64,000 bases of DNA from Candidatus Poribacteria bacterium (GCA_965208245.1 OZ242325.1:1395699-1459698); one strand, 5' to 3'; counted from the stretch's first letter, positions 48,138 to 57,886 are shown. A program made the numbers and translations. Notes: generated by a model not told the origin, from the letters alone.

Positions 48138-48959
48138 ATGAAACTATCGCTATCTGTCAGGGTAGCAGAAAACGCTTCAAAAAGAGATGCTACCCACACC
48201 TTTGTGCAGCTAACAGAACTCGCAGCGAATCTCGGCTATGAAGCGATGTGTATGCGTGCATCACAGGTCGGTATACATTCACCACTGGAACAGATTACAG
48301 CAGCACGTAAACAGGCAGATTCGCTGGACCTCAAGATTTCTATGGTCACAGGTGATTTTCCTGTTCCGCTCAATAATGATGAAGGTCCTGATGGATTACG
48401 GAATATAACACCGTATCTTGATCTGACGCAGCTTCTTGGAGCAGGCCTTATTCGCATTGCAATGAAGGTTGAAGAGGATATTGTTTGGGCACAACGCGCA
48501 TCTGATGAAGCAGCAGAACGCGGAATCTGCCTTGCACATCAATTACACACACAAAGTCTGTTCGAAACAGTTGAGGGTTCTATTGATGTGTTGAACCGTG
48601 TCGGGAGCAAGAACTTTGGTATTATCTATGAACCCGCTAATCTCGACCTATGTGGACAGGATTACGGGATTGAAACACTCAAAAGGTTTGCCCCTTATCT
48701 CTTCAATGTCTATCTCCAGAACCACATTCGCAGACCAGAGGGAAGGACACGTCTATTGACGTGGATACATGGAGAAGTTCCCCATGATCCAATCCGGCTA
48801 CAAGATGTGGGTGGGATTGATTTTTCGTTAGTATTTGAAGGTTTAGAAGCAATTGGCTATGACGGTTATGTGACGGTACATCAAGCGTTCAGAGAGATGA
48901 TGGAACCTGAAGATGCTGCTGAACAGAGTTACGCGTATCTAAAACCTTTGTGTGCATGA
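48138..48959 (+). CDS. Sugar phosphate isomerase/epimerase (xylose isomerase-like TIM barrel)
   Basis: Start MKLSLSV... with an RBS. Family motifs (IYEPANLDL, GYDGYVTVH). Confidence 0.75.
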   Translation: MKLSLSVRVAENASKRDATHTFVQLTELAANLGYEAMCMRASQVGIHSPLEQITAARKQADSLDLKISMVTGDFPVPLNNDEGPDGLRNITPYLDLTQLLGAGLIRIAMKVEEDIVWAQRASDEAAERGICLAHQLHTQSLFETVEGSIDVLNRVGSKNFGIIYEPANLDLCGQDYGIETLKRFAPYLFNVYLQNHIRRPEGRTRLLTWIHGEVPHDPIRLQDVGGIDFSLVFEGLEAIGYDGYVTVHQAFREMMEPEDAAEQSYAYLKPLCA

Positions 48960-49021
48960 ATCGGGAATCTCTATATTGTCTTTACACTATAAAGAAGAAC
49001 ATATTTTAAGGAGGCAGAACC

Positions 49022-49621
49022 GTGGCATTTAGCGATTTTAAAACAATTGCTGAAGTTCAAGAAAAATTCAGCATCAAGTACGCGTATCAGGATTTTCTGG
49101 GTGTTGTAACAAAAAAACCTTCAGAATACTTTTTAGATGAACTTGAATTTAGCCAACAACATATAGATTTTTTTTACTCAGAAGGGTCAAGATGTGAAGT
49201 GATTATTTTCCCCATTTTAAGAGAAATATACAAAGATTATGCGGAAAACTACGGACTTTGGATAAAAAAATATATTACCTATGATGAAACTTTGAACGGA
49301 ACTCCTGATTACCTTGTTGCTACAAAATCTGAATTGGGAATTACGGTACTCGGAATACCTTTAGTCATGATGGTTGAAGCCAAAAAGAACGACTTTGAAA
49401 TCGGTTGGGGACAATGTTTGGCTGAAATGGTTGCTGCACAAAAGATGAATGACAACCCCTCATATCCAATCTACGGAATTGTTACAGATGGAACTTCATG
49501 GGAATTTGGACAACTTGTCAACGATGTTTTTACAAGAAATATGACAAATTTTACCATTGCAGATTTACCGCTTCTATTCGGAGCAGTTGATTCTGTATTC
49601 AAAGCAATTCAGAAAAATTAA
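49022..49621 (+). CDS. Hypothetical protein with a candidate PD-(D/E)XK nuclease motif
   Basis: GTPDYLVA ... LVMMVEAKKND gives a PD-x(n)-ExK arrangement on alternating hydrophobic strands. GTG start as called. No confident family. Confidence 0.5.
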   Translation: MAFSDFKTIAEVQEKFSIKYAYQDFLGVVTKKPSEYFLDELEFSQQHIDFFYSEGSRCEVIIFPILREIYKDYAENYGLWIKKYITYDETLNGTPDYLVATKSELGITVLGIPLVMMVEAKKNDFEIGWGQCLAEMVAAQKMNDNPSYPIYGIVTDGTSWEFGQLVNDVFTRNMTNFTIADLPLLFGAVDSVFKAIQKN

Positions 49622-49691
49622 GTTTATTAATACTGTACTGCCATCGAAAATTAGGACCACTATCTAAACCAAGATTGTGGTATTATAATAA

Positions 49692-49816
49692 CAATTTATA
49701 GTGAACTTCAGAATTAATGAAACACGCCACAACGGGCGAGGTGACCTCGCCCCTACGCTGGATGGTTTTCGTAAATGGTGAAAATGTCTCATTAATTATT
49801 GACTTTACTATAATTG
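49692..49816. repeat. Repeat family A copy 2, directly upstream of the IS3-like orfA stub (likely an IS left-end region)
   Basis: Homologous to 17109-17246. It ends about 10 bp before the orfA RBS. Confidence 0.8.
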
Positions 49817-49829
49817 TAAGGAGTATATG

Positions 49830-49967
49830 ATGGCAAAACGAAAACGAAGAAGTTTCACATCCACACTCGAGTTTAAAGCAGAGGTTGTTCTTGAAACACT
49901 CAGCGGTGACAGTTCCCAAGCGGAAATATGTCGACGGCATAACCTACTTCCAGATACCAAATTTTGA
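49830..49967 (+). pseudogene. Truncated IS3-family orfA (HTH transposase N-terminus, 45 aa then stop)
   Basis: MAKRKRRSFTSTLEFKAEVVLETLSGDSSQAEICRRHNL is a classic IS3/IS911 OrfA HTH start. It is terminated prematurely, and no orfB follows. Confidence 0.7.
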
Positions 49968-50078
49968 CGAAGTAGGACTTTTTTTGATGAATTCTACGGC
50001 AGTCCGATGCGATATTGGCACGATTTAGGACACGCTGCACTAGAAGAAAAACTCGGACTCTGTTGGTCCCAAGAATGA

Positions 50079-50291
50079 ATTAAAACTTACGCTGAACATC
50101 TCATCGGCGTAACACTACATGATCTGCAAGAACTTGATCCGTATCATCCACCCGGTACCGGTGATTTAAATTGGGATGAAACCTTTGCACAGATACCCAA
50201 CGAAGCAATCAAAGTAATTGAAATAAAGTATGCTGACAGAGAAGAAGTTATCCAAGCACGTGAATTATGTGCGTTTACACCTATAGAGTAA
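50079..50291 (+). pseudogene. C-terminal fragment of a xylose-isomerase-like TIM-barrel protein (relic)
   Basis: HLIGVTLHDLQELDPYHPPGTGDLNWDETFAQIPNEAIKVIEIKYADRE matches the family's C-terminal H..D...PG.G.I.W block. There is no N-terminal part and no start codon. Confidence 0.45.
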
Positions 50292-50304
50292 GAGAGCTCT
50301 CCTA

Positions 50305-52485
50305 ATGATGCAATTAACCAATTCAAGAACGATTTCATTTATAAAGTCTTCGTTTATAAAGTCTTCGTTCTGTATTATTGTCTATCCTCTCATTTTTTTT
50401 CTCAACTTTAGTCTTTTCGTGAGGGTTTGCCACACACAAGATATTTCAGGCAGTCACGCATGCACTATCCACGGACACGTTACAGATACACAAGACAATC
50501 CTCTCACAGGGTATATTGTTTTAACAGTACTGCCAAAAGGCAGTGTAACTTACGCTGACAAGACAGATTCTACGGGGCAGTGGATGCTTAGACACCTTCC
50601 TATTGGCACTTGGAATGTTGAAGTTAGACATCTCGGCGTACGTATAATGCAACGTGAAGTTACTGTTGTTGACAAAACTGAAGTGACTTTTATTGTTAAG
50701 GGGACGGGTGTTATTTCTGGGTTCTTACTTGATTCCACCAACAAGCTGCCTCTGCCAATTACGGATGAAATCAAAGTCGAGCATATTGCAAAAGAGGATG
50801 AATTATTCCAAGGAACATACAAAGGAAAGGTAACAGATGGATATTTTGAAATAAGAAACTTGTTACCCGGCAGCTACCGTATCATCGATTCTTTCGATGG
50901 ATATGTTATGACGAACACCAGTTTATCTAAGATTACGGTCCCCCCACGAAACCGTGCAGATGGTGTGCAAGTATATATCAAAAAAGGAGCAACTGTCACC
51001 GGCAGCATAATTGGTGCGGAAGATGGACAACCGCTATCAGGAGCAATTGTCAGTGTTATATCGGAACATAGCAGCAACTTCTATTCAGCTGCAACGGATA
51101 CGCATGAAACGGAAACAGATACCCACGGAAAATTTCGCTTAACAGTCCCAAACGATTCAGATACCTATTTTGCATTCACGGTAATTGCATCCCATCCCCG
51201 TCATCAAACGCATCGCTGGCGTTGGGAGATGATACCGGACAAAACGGATTATACGTTGGGTGAGCTCAAACTGATGCCTTTTCTGTCTTTAACGGGAAAG
51301 GTAGACGACATCAAGTCAAACCGGTCACGCTACGGTCTCACTGTGCGTTTAAAGATGCACAATACACCTGCTGATTTCTTCCGTGCAGCAGCGCAGCCTG
51401 AACATGCTGTTACAACTGATCAGGAAGGGAATTTTGTCTTTGCTGAACTACATCCGATAGATTATAGTTTGACAGTCGTACAGAATAATGGTATCATTGC
51501 ATATCGTGAAACTGTCAACCCAAAAACCGATAACCCGTTACACATCCAATTGCCAGAATTAATGGTGTTACACGGTTCGGTAGTTGATACACAACAGCAA
51601 CCTTTATCAGATGTGCAAGTACGGACAACTCTTCATCCAAAAGAAAGTAGCGGACACGGCACACACTTAGCCATGACACAAACTGACGAAAAGGGTGTTT
51701 TCAATTTGCAGGTCATTGCAGCCGCTGACGCACTACTGTCCGTAGAAGTGTCAAAAAAAGGTTACTTCTCAAGGGTTTATCCAAATGTGAATATTAGGAA
51801 AGACCCGTTGATTGTTACCCTTGAGAAAGGCAATACAATTAAAGGAAACGTCATTGTTCCGGCAGATACAACAGCTGCCTACTATGATGTGAAGGTCTTT
51901 TCGATAGATGTTGAGATGACACCAAAGTTGGATCCACTTGCATTAAACAAACCTTTAATGTCCAGACGATTTGATGTGTCAGCACAAGAGTTTGTGCTGA
52001 ACGGTCTTTTTAGAGGGGAATATACGTTGTTTATCATAGGCAGCGACTTTACATCAAACGGAATGAACGTAGAAGCAGGTGAAGATGAAGGTACTTGGGA
52101 ATATACTATATTAGTCGTTGCGGATAGACCGAGGATTAGTTTAATGGGACAAGTGATGTGGTCAGATACGGGTGAACCTATCAAAAAAGCAGGTGTCATC
52201 CGGTCATGGTATCCTTGGGATCTGGACAAATATGATATGTCATTGACCCTGGACCGCTTTGAAACTGAGACAGATGCTGAAGGAAAGTTTATGTTTTCAG
52301 GTTTAACGCAAGGACGATACGCCTTACTTATCCGCACTGTTGATACGGTCTGGATAAATGAGACGAGGAAATATAAACGCATCTACATGCAGAAGCAGGT
52401 TGAAATACCAATTTGTAGTGATAACACACATCATATCTATCTGGGAAGACTGGATGGCAGAACTTTCGAAATCGGAATGAAATAA
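50305..52485 (+). CDS. Large secreted protein built from carboxypeptidase-regulatory-like (CarboxypepD_reg) beta-sandwich repeats
   Basis: Signal/TM at the N-terminus. Repeated G.V.D...G.PL.GA.V motifs (HGHVTDTQDNPLTGYIV, GSIIGAEDGQPLSGAIV, HGSVVDTQQQPLSDVQV, GQVMWSDTGEPIKKAGV). 726 aa. Confidence 0.7.
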   Translation: MMQLTNSRTISFIKSSFIKSSFCIIVYPLIFFLNFSLFVRVCHTQDISGSHACTIHGHVTDTQDNPLTGYIVLTVLPKGSVTYADKTDSTGQWMLRHLPIGTWNVEVRHLGVRIMQREVTVVDKTEVTFIVKGTGVISGFLLDSTNKLPLPITDEIKVEHIAKEDELFQGTYKGKVTDGYFEIRNLLPGSYRIIDSFDGYVMTNTSLSKITVPPRNRADGVQVYIKKGATVTGSIIGAEDGQPLSGAIVSVISEHSSNFYSAATDTHETETDTHGKFRLTVPNDSDTYFAFTVIASHPRHQTHRWRWEMIPDKTDYTLGELKLMPFLSLTGKVDDIKSNRSRYGLTVRLKMHNTPADFFRAAAQPEHAVTTDQEGNFVFAELHPIDYSLTVVQNNGIIAYRETVNPKTDNPLHIQLPELMVLHGSVVDTQQQPLSDVQVRTTLHPKESSGHGTHLAMTQTDEKGVFNLQVIAAADALLSVEVSKKGYFSRVYPNVNIRKDPLIVTLEKGNTIKGNVIVPADTTAAYYDVKVFSIDVEMTPKLDPLALNKPLMSRRFDVSAQEFVLNGLFRGEYTLFIIGSDFTSNGMNVEAGEDEGTWEYTILVVADRPRISLMGQVMWSDTGEPIKKAGVIRSWYPWDLDKYDMSLTLDRFETETDAEGKFMFSGLTQGRYALLIRTVDTVWINETRKYKRIYMQKQVEIPICSDNTHHIYLGRLDGRTFEIGMK

Positions 52486-52486
52486 A

Positions 52487-53179
52487 ATGAAAAAAACTGT
52501 CTACATTCTCATACTATCCATCATATTATGTCTCATCTTTGTTCGGCAAGGTGACGTAGGGGCAGTAACGTGGCAGGATGAATTCGATCTTGAGACGCAA
52601 GAAAATTGGCAATTACGGGGCGATGATTCCACATGGCGAATTGAGGAAGGATTCTTGCGCGCAAAAATCAACACCAAAAAGCAGTGGACAACTATGTTTG
52701 AAGTCTTTGAATATACTAACCATGTTGGAGATTTCAGTAACATTACAATAAAAGCAGAAAACATAGGCACATCTGGAAACGTTAAGTTTGGTATAGTGAT
52801 TGGTAAAGACTTCCTAAATGACAATGGTGAATTAGAGGAAACAGGTTATTACCTTTTTCTCACAAATGATATGCAGGCATTAAGGGACGGAAAGGTGTTT
52901 CTTGGGACGGGGAGACGTTGGAATACTGATGTGCTTTATCAAATGACACTGCACTTCAATGAAGGTAGATTTCAGTTTTCTGGTAATGACGAAACACGCA
53001 TGGGCTTTATAGATGCAAATCTAAAGACGATTGATTTCTTCGGTTTTGTCCTTACCGGTTATGTTACAGATATGCCGAATACAGGTGAAGGATATGTGGA
53101 ACGTGTTACAATTTCCGGGCTACCGGTAACAGCAAGAGATAAATTAACAACAACATGGGGACAGTTGAAGCAAGATTAG
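52487..53179 (+). CDS. Secreted LamG-like jelly-roll protein (DUF1080 / 3-keto-disaccharide hydrolase-like), paralog 1
   Basis: Signal peptide. WQDEFDLETQENWQLRGDDSTWRIEEGFLRA resembles the DUF1080 W...W.v.dG.L start. Paralogous to 55041-55739. Confidence 0.55.
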   Translation: MKKTVYILILSIILCLIFVRQGDVGAVTWQDEFDLETQENWQLRGDDSTWRIEEGFLRAKINTKKQWTTMFEVFEYTNHVGDFSNITIKAENIGTSGNVKFGIVIGKDFLNDNGELEETGYYLFLTNDMQALRDGKVFLGTGRRWNTDVLYQMTLHFNEGRFQFSGNDETRMGFIDANLKTIDFFGFVLTGYVTDMPNTGEGYVERVTISGLPVTARDKLTTTWGQLKQD

Positions 53180-53216
53180 GGTGAATTTTGAAAATAATAA
53201 CCTCTTCACCCCGGTA

Positions 53217-53245
53217 GGTGCGATTTCCTAATCGCACCGGTTTTG
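53217..53245 (+). terminator. Rho-independent terminator candidate (GGTGCGATT-tcct-AATCGCACC followed by GGTTTTG)
   Basis: 9-bp perfect stem, 4-nt loop, and a T-run about 35 bp after the stop at 53179. Confidence 0.55.
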
Positions 53246-53303
53246 ACTGTGTAAATTATTCAATATTCTACCATAAACGCATATAAGTAGATGTTACACG
53301 CTT

Positions 53304-54056
53304 ATGTTTCAGAAGAATTTAGACCTTATTTTTAATCTATTCTTATTGATAATACTAATCTCTGTTGCATGCTGGGGTAAATTTGCTGGTGCAAGGTTAA
53401 ACCCGCACGAACGGGCCAATCCAACCGCGTCCGGTGCATATTATCGCACACCCGGCAAAAATGGAAAATGGTTTGGACCCGAAATCAACTCACTCACACT
53501 TTGTAAGGGTACACATAACCCCTATAACAATAGAGGCTTTTTTGACATTATAGAAACAATTGAGAACGCAGTGGTATCTAAGTCCAATATTACGGGGGCG
53601 TTGCACTGGTATAGACGACAGAAGTGGACATTTGCAGATGACAAGACCCCGTGGGGTACAAATGTGTCCATTATCACGTTACATGACGATCTTGGGTGGA
53701 GTGAGATCAGTACGGGAGGCGGGACAACCGGTTATCCGTGGAGTGGAATAGAACGGCATTGGCGCGATGGAAATATCATCAGACAACAAGCAACAGTGAT
53801 GGGATGGCGACAGTATGCACGCGGGAGAGAACGATGGATCTGTCCAATGTACTTTAAAATCGGAGGTTGGCAAGGAGAAGACCTTGAAGTGCACTGTCGA
53901 ACATATAGAACATGGTTCCCACCTGATTGGCAAGAACTCAAACAACGTGATGGAGACTTCGGTTTCCCTGTAGAACGTAAACCCGGTCTCATCAGCCGCA
54001 GAGGAAAGTTAACACATAGATGGTATGATTGTATAAAAATCAGGGGTATCAACTGA
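53304..54056 (+). CDS. Hypothetical secreted protein
   Basis: N-terminal hydrophobic signal. 250 aa, Trp/Arg/Gly-rich, no recognisable family. Confidence 0.55.
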   Translation: MFQKNLDLIFNLFLLIILISVACWGKFAGARLNPHERANPTASGAYYRTPGKNGKWFGPEINSLTLCKGTHNPYNNRGFFDIIETIENAVVSKSNITGALHWYRRQKWTFADDKTPWGTNVSIITLHDDLGWSEISTGGGTTGYPWSGIERHWRDGNIIRQQATVMGWRQYARGRERWICPMYFKIGGWQGEDLEVHCRTYRTWFPPDWQELKQRDGDFGFPVERKPGLISRRGKLTHRWYDCIKIRGIN

Positions 54057-54083
54057 GTAATGATAGATTGTAGCATGATGGTA

Positions 54084-54228
54084 TTAACTAAACCCAAGTT
54101 GCTACCTACAAGATTTAGACATGGAAACGCCATCTATTTAGCAATATTGTAGTGTCCACTGTCAGTTTTGCCCTCACAGGCACAATCTGCCAGATTGTGC
54201 TACATAGGTGGCAACTTGGGTTAACTAA
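54084..54228. repeat. About 145-bp structured element bounded by 23-25-bp inverted repeats (TTAACTAAACCCAAGTTGCTACCT / AGGTGGCAACTTGGGTTAACTAA) with an internal 10-bp-stem palindrome GCACAATCTG-c-CAGATTGTGC
   Basis: Seen directly: MITE-like or structured RNA. Confidence 0.5.
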
Positions 54229-54255
54229 AGAAAATCATCGAAATCATAAATTCAA

Positions 54256-54284
54256 TTGACACCATTTTATAAATCTGTTATAGT
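54256..54284 (+). promoter_or_regulatory. Near-consensus sigma70-type promoter: TTGACA - 17 nt - TATAGT
   Basis: Exact -35 hexamer, 17-nt spacer, and 5/6 -10 match, about 110 bp upstream of the 54398 ORF. Confidence 0.4.
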
Positions 54285-54397
54285 TTAAAATATCGGTTGT
54301 GGGGCATCACAGTTTAGAAGGACTGTGGATTTTAGCTTCATTATTTTGTTAACACCCTCATTATTTCAATAATTCACCGTAAGATGAGTGGTACATT

Positions 54398-54685
54398 ATG
54401 AACAGATACATCAAATTAACACTCGGTGGAAGTGTGATGCTTATCCTTGTCAGTGTGATCTGCTATTTTTGGTATCAGCAGGAGACAGCACCTTACCAAG
54501 AAGAATATACCAAGACACAGCAGTTCGCAAGCGAATACAGAGCATCTCAAAAAACAGAGAAATCTGTTGAAAAAGTAGATGCTGTTGAGAGACAAGTCGT
54601 TGATAATGTGGAACGCAAGCGGTTCCTGCAGAACATGCAACAGAACAGACCGATATACATGGAAGACATGTTAATTCCCATGTAA
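54398..54685 (+). CDS. Small hypothetical protein with an N-terminal TM/signal anchor
   Basis: 95 aa. Hydrophobic N-terminus (LTLGGSVMLILVSVICYFWY) and a Q/E-rich tail. Confidence 0.45.
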   Translation: MNRYIKLTLGGSVMLILVSVICYFWYQQETAPYQEEYTKTQQFASEYRASQKTEKSVEKVDAVERQVVDNVERKRFLQNMQQNRPIYMEDMLIPM

Positions 54686-54910
54686 TCGGAGTACCACAAC
54701 TACAAACAACTGAGGGAGCGCGAAGATATATATATATGACGCTGAAGATGTATTCCCAACAGGGTCCGCAGAACAAGAGGTGTGGCTGCAGGTAGAAATT
54801 AAACTACTTTCACAGGGGAAACCTTTGTTAGATCTTAGAAAGTCATCAGGGTATCTCGTCAGGTCTATAGCCATTATAACTTTGCCAATTTCAATACAAT
54901 CAGGACTTAC

Positions 54911-55019
54911 GCATTCCCTTTGATAAGGGGTTAGGAAGGTTAAAAAGTCGTTATTTCAATGCTATTTTAGTGATTTAACCCTTAAAGTCCCCTTATCAGT
55001 GGGACTTTATAAGAGAAAC
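54911..55019. repeat. Repeat family C copy 2 (MITE-like), abutting the start of the DUF1080-like paralog 2
   Basis: Reverse-complement match to 35525-35646. The called GTG start at 54999 lies inside the element, and the real ATG at 55041 lies just outside it. Confidence 0.8.
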
Positions 55020-55040
55020 AAAGTGCGTTTAGTTATAGAT

Positions 55041-55739
55041 ATGCGAAATATTCTGCTTTTACTGATCCTCATGTTTTTATCAGTTAGCAACATCATTTCC
55101 ACACCGGCAGATATATGGCACGATGATTTTGATATGGAAAATGCTGAAGCATGGAAAAATATTGGGGATAGAAGAGTGTGGAAAGTGGTTGATGGCATGT
55201 TACGCATTGAAGTCAATAGAGATTGGGCAGTTGGTTATGAACTCTACGAACTCATAGCATTTCCCGAGCACCATAGGGATTTTGTTGTTACAATCAAGAA
55301 TTTTGGGGGTGACAAACTCCGTTTCGGTTTCTGTGTAGGACGTCGTTTTCCTGAAACCGCTGATGAAGACCCGTTCTATTATGTATTTTTTCCTGATGAA
55401 ATTAGAGCACGCCGTTTCAATGGCAGAGGCACCAGTCATCCTTTTCGGTATAGGTTGTCTCGTGAACCACGTCAACGTTGGAACACAGACGTAATAGATG
55501 AGATGGAATTGCATTTTAACTCAGGATTCTTTCTCCTGTTTGTTGATGGTGAATTCCGAACAAAATTCAAAGATTCAAACTTCAACCGGATAGAAATCCT
55601 TGGCTTTGTTGTAGAAGGAATCAACATCGCTAACGAATGGGAAGCTGAAGGTTGGGTTGATTCGTTCACTATTTCTGGTCTGAACGTCTCAGCAGAAGTT
55701 AAGACAACAGAAACTTGGGCGGAAATAAAAGGGAACTGA
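55041..55739 (+). CDS. Secreted LamG-like jelly-roll protein (DUF1080-like), paralog 2
   Basis: Start MRNILLLLILMFLSVSN (signal). WHDDFDMENAEAWKNIGDRRVWKVVDGMLRIE parallels paralog 1. Confidence 0.55.
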   Translation: MRNILLLLILMFLSVSNIISTPADIWHDDFDMENAEAWKNIGDRRVWKVVDGMLRIEVNRDWAVGYELYELIAFPEHHRDFVVTIKNFGGDKLRFGFCVGRRFPETADEDPFYYVFFPDEIRARRFNGRGTSHPFRYRLSREPRQRWNTDVIDEMELHFNSGFFLLFVDGEFRTKFKDSNFNRIEILGFVVEGINIANEWEAEGWVDSFTISGLNVSAEVKTTETWAEIKGN

Positions 55740-55773
55740 CGACATCTAACTTGTAGAATGCCTTCTCTTACAT

Positions 55774-55897
55774 TGTAGGTCGGGTAGAGCGAAGCGAAAC
55801 CCGACTTTTCTATATTGTGAGAGATTACGTATCCAAAACAACGCCAAATGTGCGTTTGGGCATTTGGCGGGTTTCGCTTCGCTCTACCCGACCTACA
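55774..55897. repeat. Repeat family B full copy: 124-bp MITE-like element with perfect 30-bp terminal inverted repeats TGTAGGTCGGGTAGAGCGAAGCGAAACCCG and an internal hairpin (ACGCCAAATG...CATTTGGCG)
   Basis: Seen directly. It sits between convergent genes, and the stop codon of the minus-strand gene (55893-55895) lies inside the right TIR. Confidence 0.85.
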
Positions 55898-56642
55898 AGA
55901 CAGCACTTGACAAAGCACTATCACTACAAATAGCACCAGCACGTAAAACCTCATAATAAGGCAAACACTCAGATAGGACATCTTCCAATTCTATAGGAAA
56001 AGGTTCGCTTTTCGGTTTATACGGCACAAACCCGACACTACGATGCACGTTCTCATACCAATGCGGAGCCCACACGCCATCCGAAGAATGTCCATCACGC
56101 TTCCAAGATAGCATCTCTTCCTCAAAAGGTATATCCAACTGAGAACAGAGGATTGACAAAACATGCTTTGGATCTAGCAACAATTCCTTTGCATCTAAGA
56201 TAGGTGGTATTTGTCCAATCTGCTGTAATTCAGTCAATAGTTCAGCCTGAATCTTCAAACCCGTATCCTTCAAGGTAGGAATCCCAATCACTTTCGTTAA
56301 TGAAGGGAGCATCTCTTTCGGATCACGAATAAGCAAAATATTCACTGTCTTCTGCATGAATGTTCTGTCAATATTGACAAGGTGATGTGCCATCTGTTTC
56401 ATAAAAAGGATAGGCTTAGTACACTCACCTAAAACAACTTCACGAATCACTGCCTTCATATCTGTTTCCATTGAGGCAATAACCGCATCTCGACCAGGAT
56501 GCATTACCCCTGTAGTATGTAAATAGTGTGCATAGAACGGTTCATCAACAACTCCTGTATCGCTCCGTTGTGCAAAAGCATACATCAGAGCGGTTGAAAT
56601 ATTGCGGGGTCCTGACCATAGACACACTCTTTTCGTTTGCAT
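55893..56642 (-). CDS. Sulfotransferase-family protein (putative)
   Basis: PAPS-binding-like 5'PSB motif LWSGPRNISTAL and 3'PB-like LLIRDPKEM. 249 aa. Confidence 0.5.
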   Translation of the reverse strand: MQTKRVCLWSGPRNISTALMYAFAQRSDTGVVDEPFYAHYLHTTGVMHPGRDAVIASMETDMKAVIREVVLGECTKPILFMKQMAHHLVNIDRTFMQKTVNILLIRDPKEMLPSLTKVIGIPTLKDTGLKIQAELLTELQQIGQIPPILDAKELLLDPKHVLSILCSQLDIPFEEEMLSWKRDGHSSDGVWAPHWYENVHRSVGFVPYKPKSEPFPIELEDVLSECLPYYEVLRAGAICSDSALSSAVL

Positions 56643-56666
56643 GTGTATCCTCTATTCTTTATCTGA

Positions 56667-57263
56667 TTACCAACGCATTGCCGCTTCTCGGTACAGTTGT
56701 ATCTGTTCCATGTTGCGTGGTACTGTTGCTTGTATAGATTTGCGTTTGCGATTGCCTACAACAGTTTTGGCCTTCAACACTATTGGCGCGCGGAGCATAT
56801 TCCTAAGTGTAACAATCCTAGACTCATAATATACCCACATCCGTTGCTCTGTATAAGGATTGAGCACATACACGGAATTAACATTCTCCGATGTACCAAC
56901 GATTTCTGAGAACGAGTCGTAATCGGGATAGGTGAGTTTAATCGTTTTGTCGTATCCTTCAAGAAACATCTGATCCGGAGGGGTTTTGGGGGAATACCCA
57001 CTCAATTTACACCTATAAAACTGTATCGGTGCAGCGGATTTGTTGATGAGATGGAGAGAGACCACAATCGATAGACGGTTATTGTCATCACGATTGATAA
57101 ACCAAGTATCCTCCTGAATCAGGTTGACCGTCAAACCGGGAATTTGTCGCCATCTGTGATAAACAACTGCCAATCCAATCATGCATCCTAAAATGAGTAA
57201 CACCCACTGTCCCGTTGAAGATGCAATAAACTTTAGGAGTTCTTCAAATGTCTGTTGTAGCAA
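56667..57263 (-). CDS. Hypothetical membrane-anchored protein
   Basis: Single N-terminal TM (WVLLILGCMIGLAVVY). 198 aa, no family recognised. Confidence 0.5.
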   Translation of the reverse strand: MLQQTFEELLKFIASSTGQWVLLILGCMIGLAVVYHRWRQIPGLTVNLIQEDTWFINRDDNNRLSIVVSLHLINKSAAPIQFYRCKLSGYSPKTPPDQMFLEGYDKTIKLTYPDYDSFSEIVGTSENVNSVYVLNPYTEQRMWVYYESRIVTLRNMLRAPIVLKAKTVVGNRKRKSIQATVPRNMEQIQLYREAAMRW

Positions 57264-57859
57264 ATCAACTCCTTCTCAAGTGTTTCAGCAGAAATCACAC
57301 CGTTTCTGTGAACAATAGGAGGTGATATAGATATATCGTAAACTGTTGATGGTATAGAGTTTAATGTCTTTCCATCATCAACAATGTAATCTAATTGAGA
57401 ACTGAGTTCTTGTCTAAATTCCGACGGTGAGGTGGCTGCTGGTGTGCCTGAAAGATTAGCACTAGTGATTGCAAGTGGACCTCCAAATTCTTGGAGTATG
57501 CGCAATAATAAAGGCTGATTAGGAATTCGTAAACCTACAGTGTTACCACCAGCTGTCAGGTCAGGTAGCAGGTTTTTTGCCTCTACGATGATTGTTAATC
57601 CACCTGGCCAAAACCTATTTGTAAGGTGATAAAAGAATCCGGTCAGGTTCTGTGCTACCATTTGGACATCCTCTGTTGAACCTAAGACTAAGGGGATAGG
57701 TTTCTCGTCTGGTCGTCCCTTTAACGTGTATAGTTTTTGCACCGCCTCCAGATTAAATGGATCAGCACCTATACCATACACTGTATCCGTTGGAACAGCA
57801 ATAATTCCACCAGACTTTATACAGTTAACTGCTGTTTCAATACGTTTATCAGATGCCAT
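57233..57859 (-). CDS. tsaC: L-threonylcarbamoyladenylate synthase (TsaC/YrdC family)
   Basis: YrdC signature TDTVYGIGADPFNLEAVQKLYTLKGRP. 208 aa. Confidence 0.85.
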   Translation of the reverse strand: MASDKRIETAVNCIKSGGIIAVPTDTVYGIGADPFNLEAVQKLYTLKGRPDEKPIPLVLGSTEDVQMVAQNLTGFFYHLTNRFWPGGLTIIVEAKNLLPDLTAGGNTVGLRIPNQPLLLRILQEFGGPLAITSANLSGTPAATSPSEFRQELSSQLDYIVDDGKTLNSIPSTVYDISISPPIVHRNGVISAETLEKELICYNRHLKNS

Positions 57860-57886
57860 GTATGTTGCTCCTGTCTGCTAAGATAT

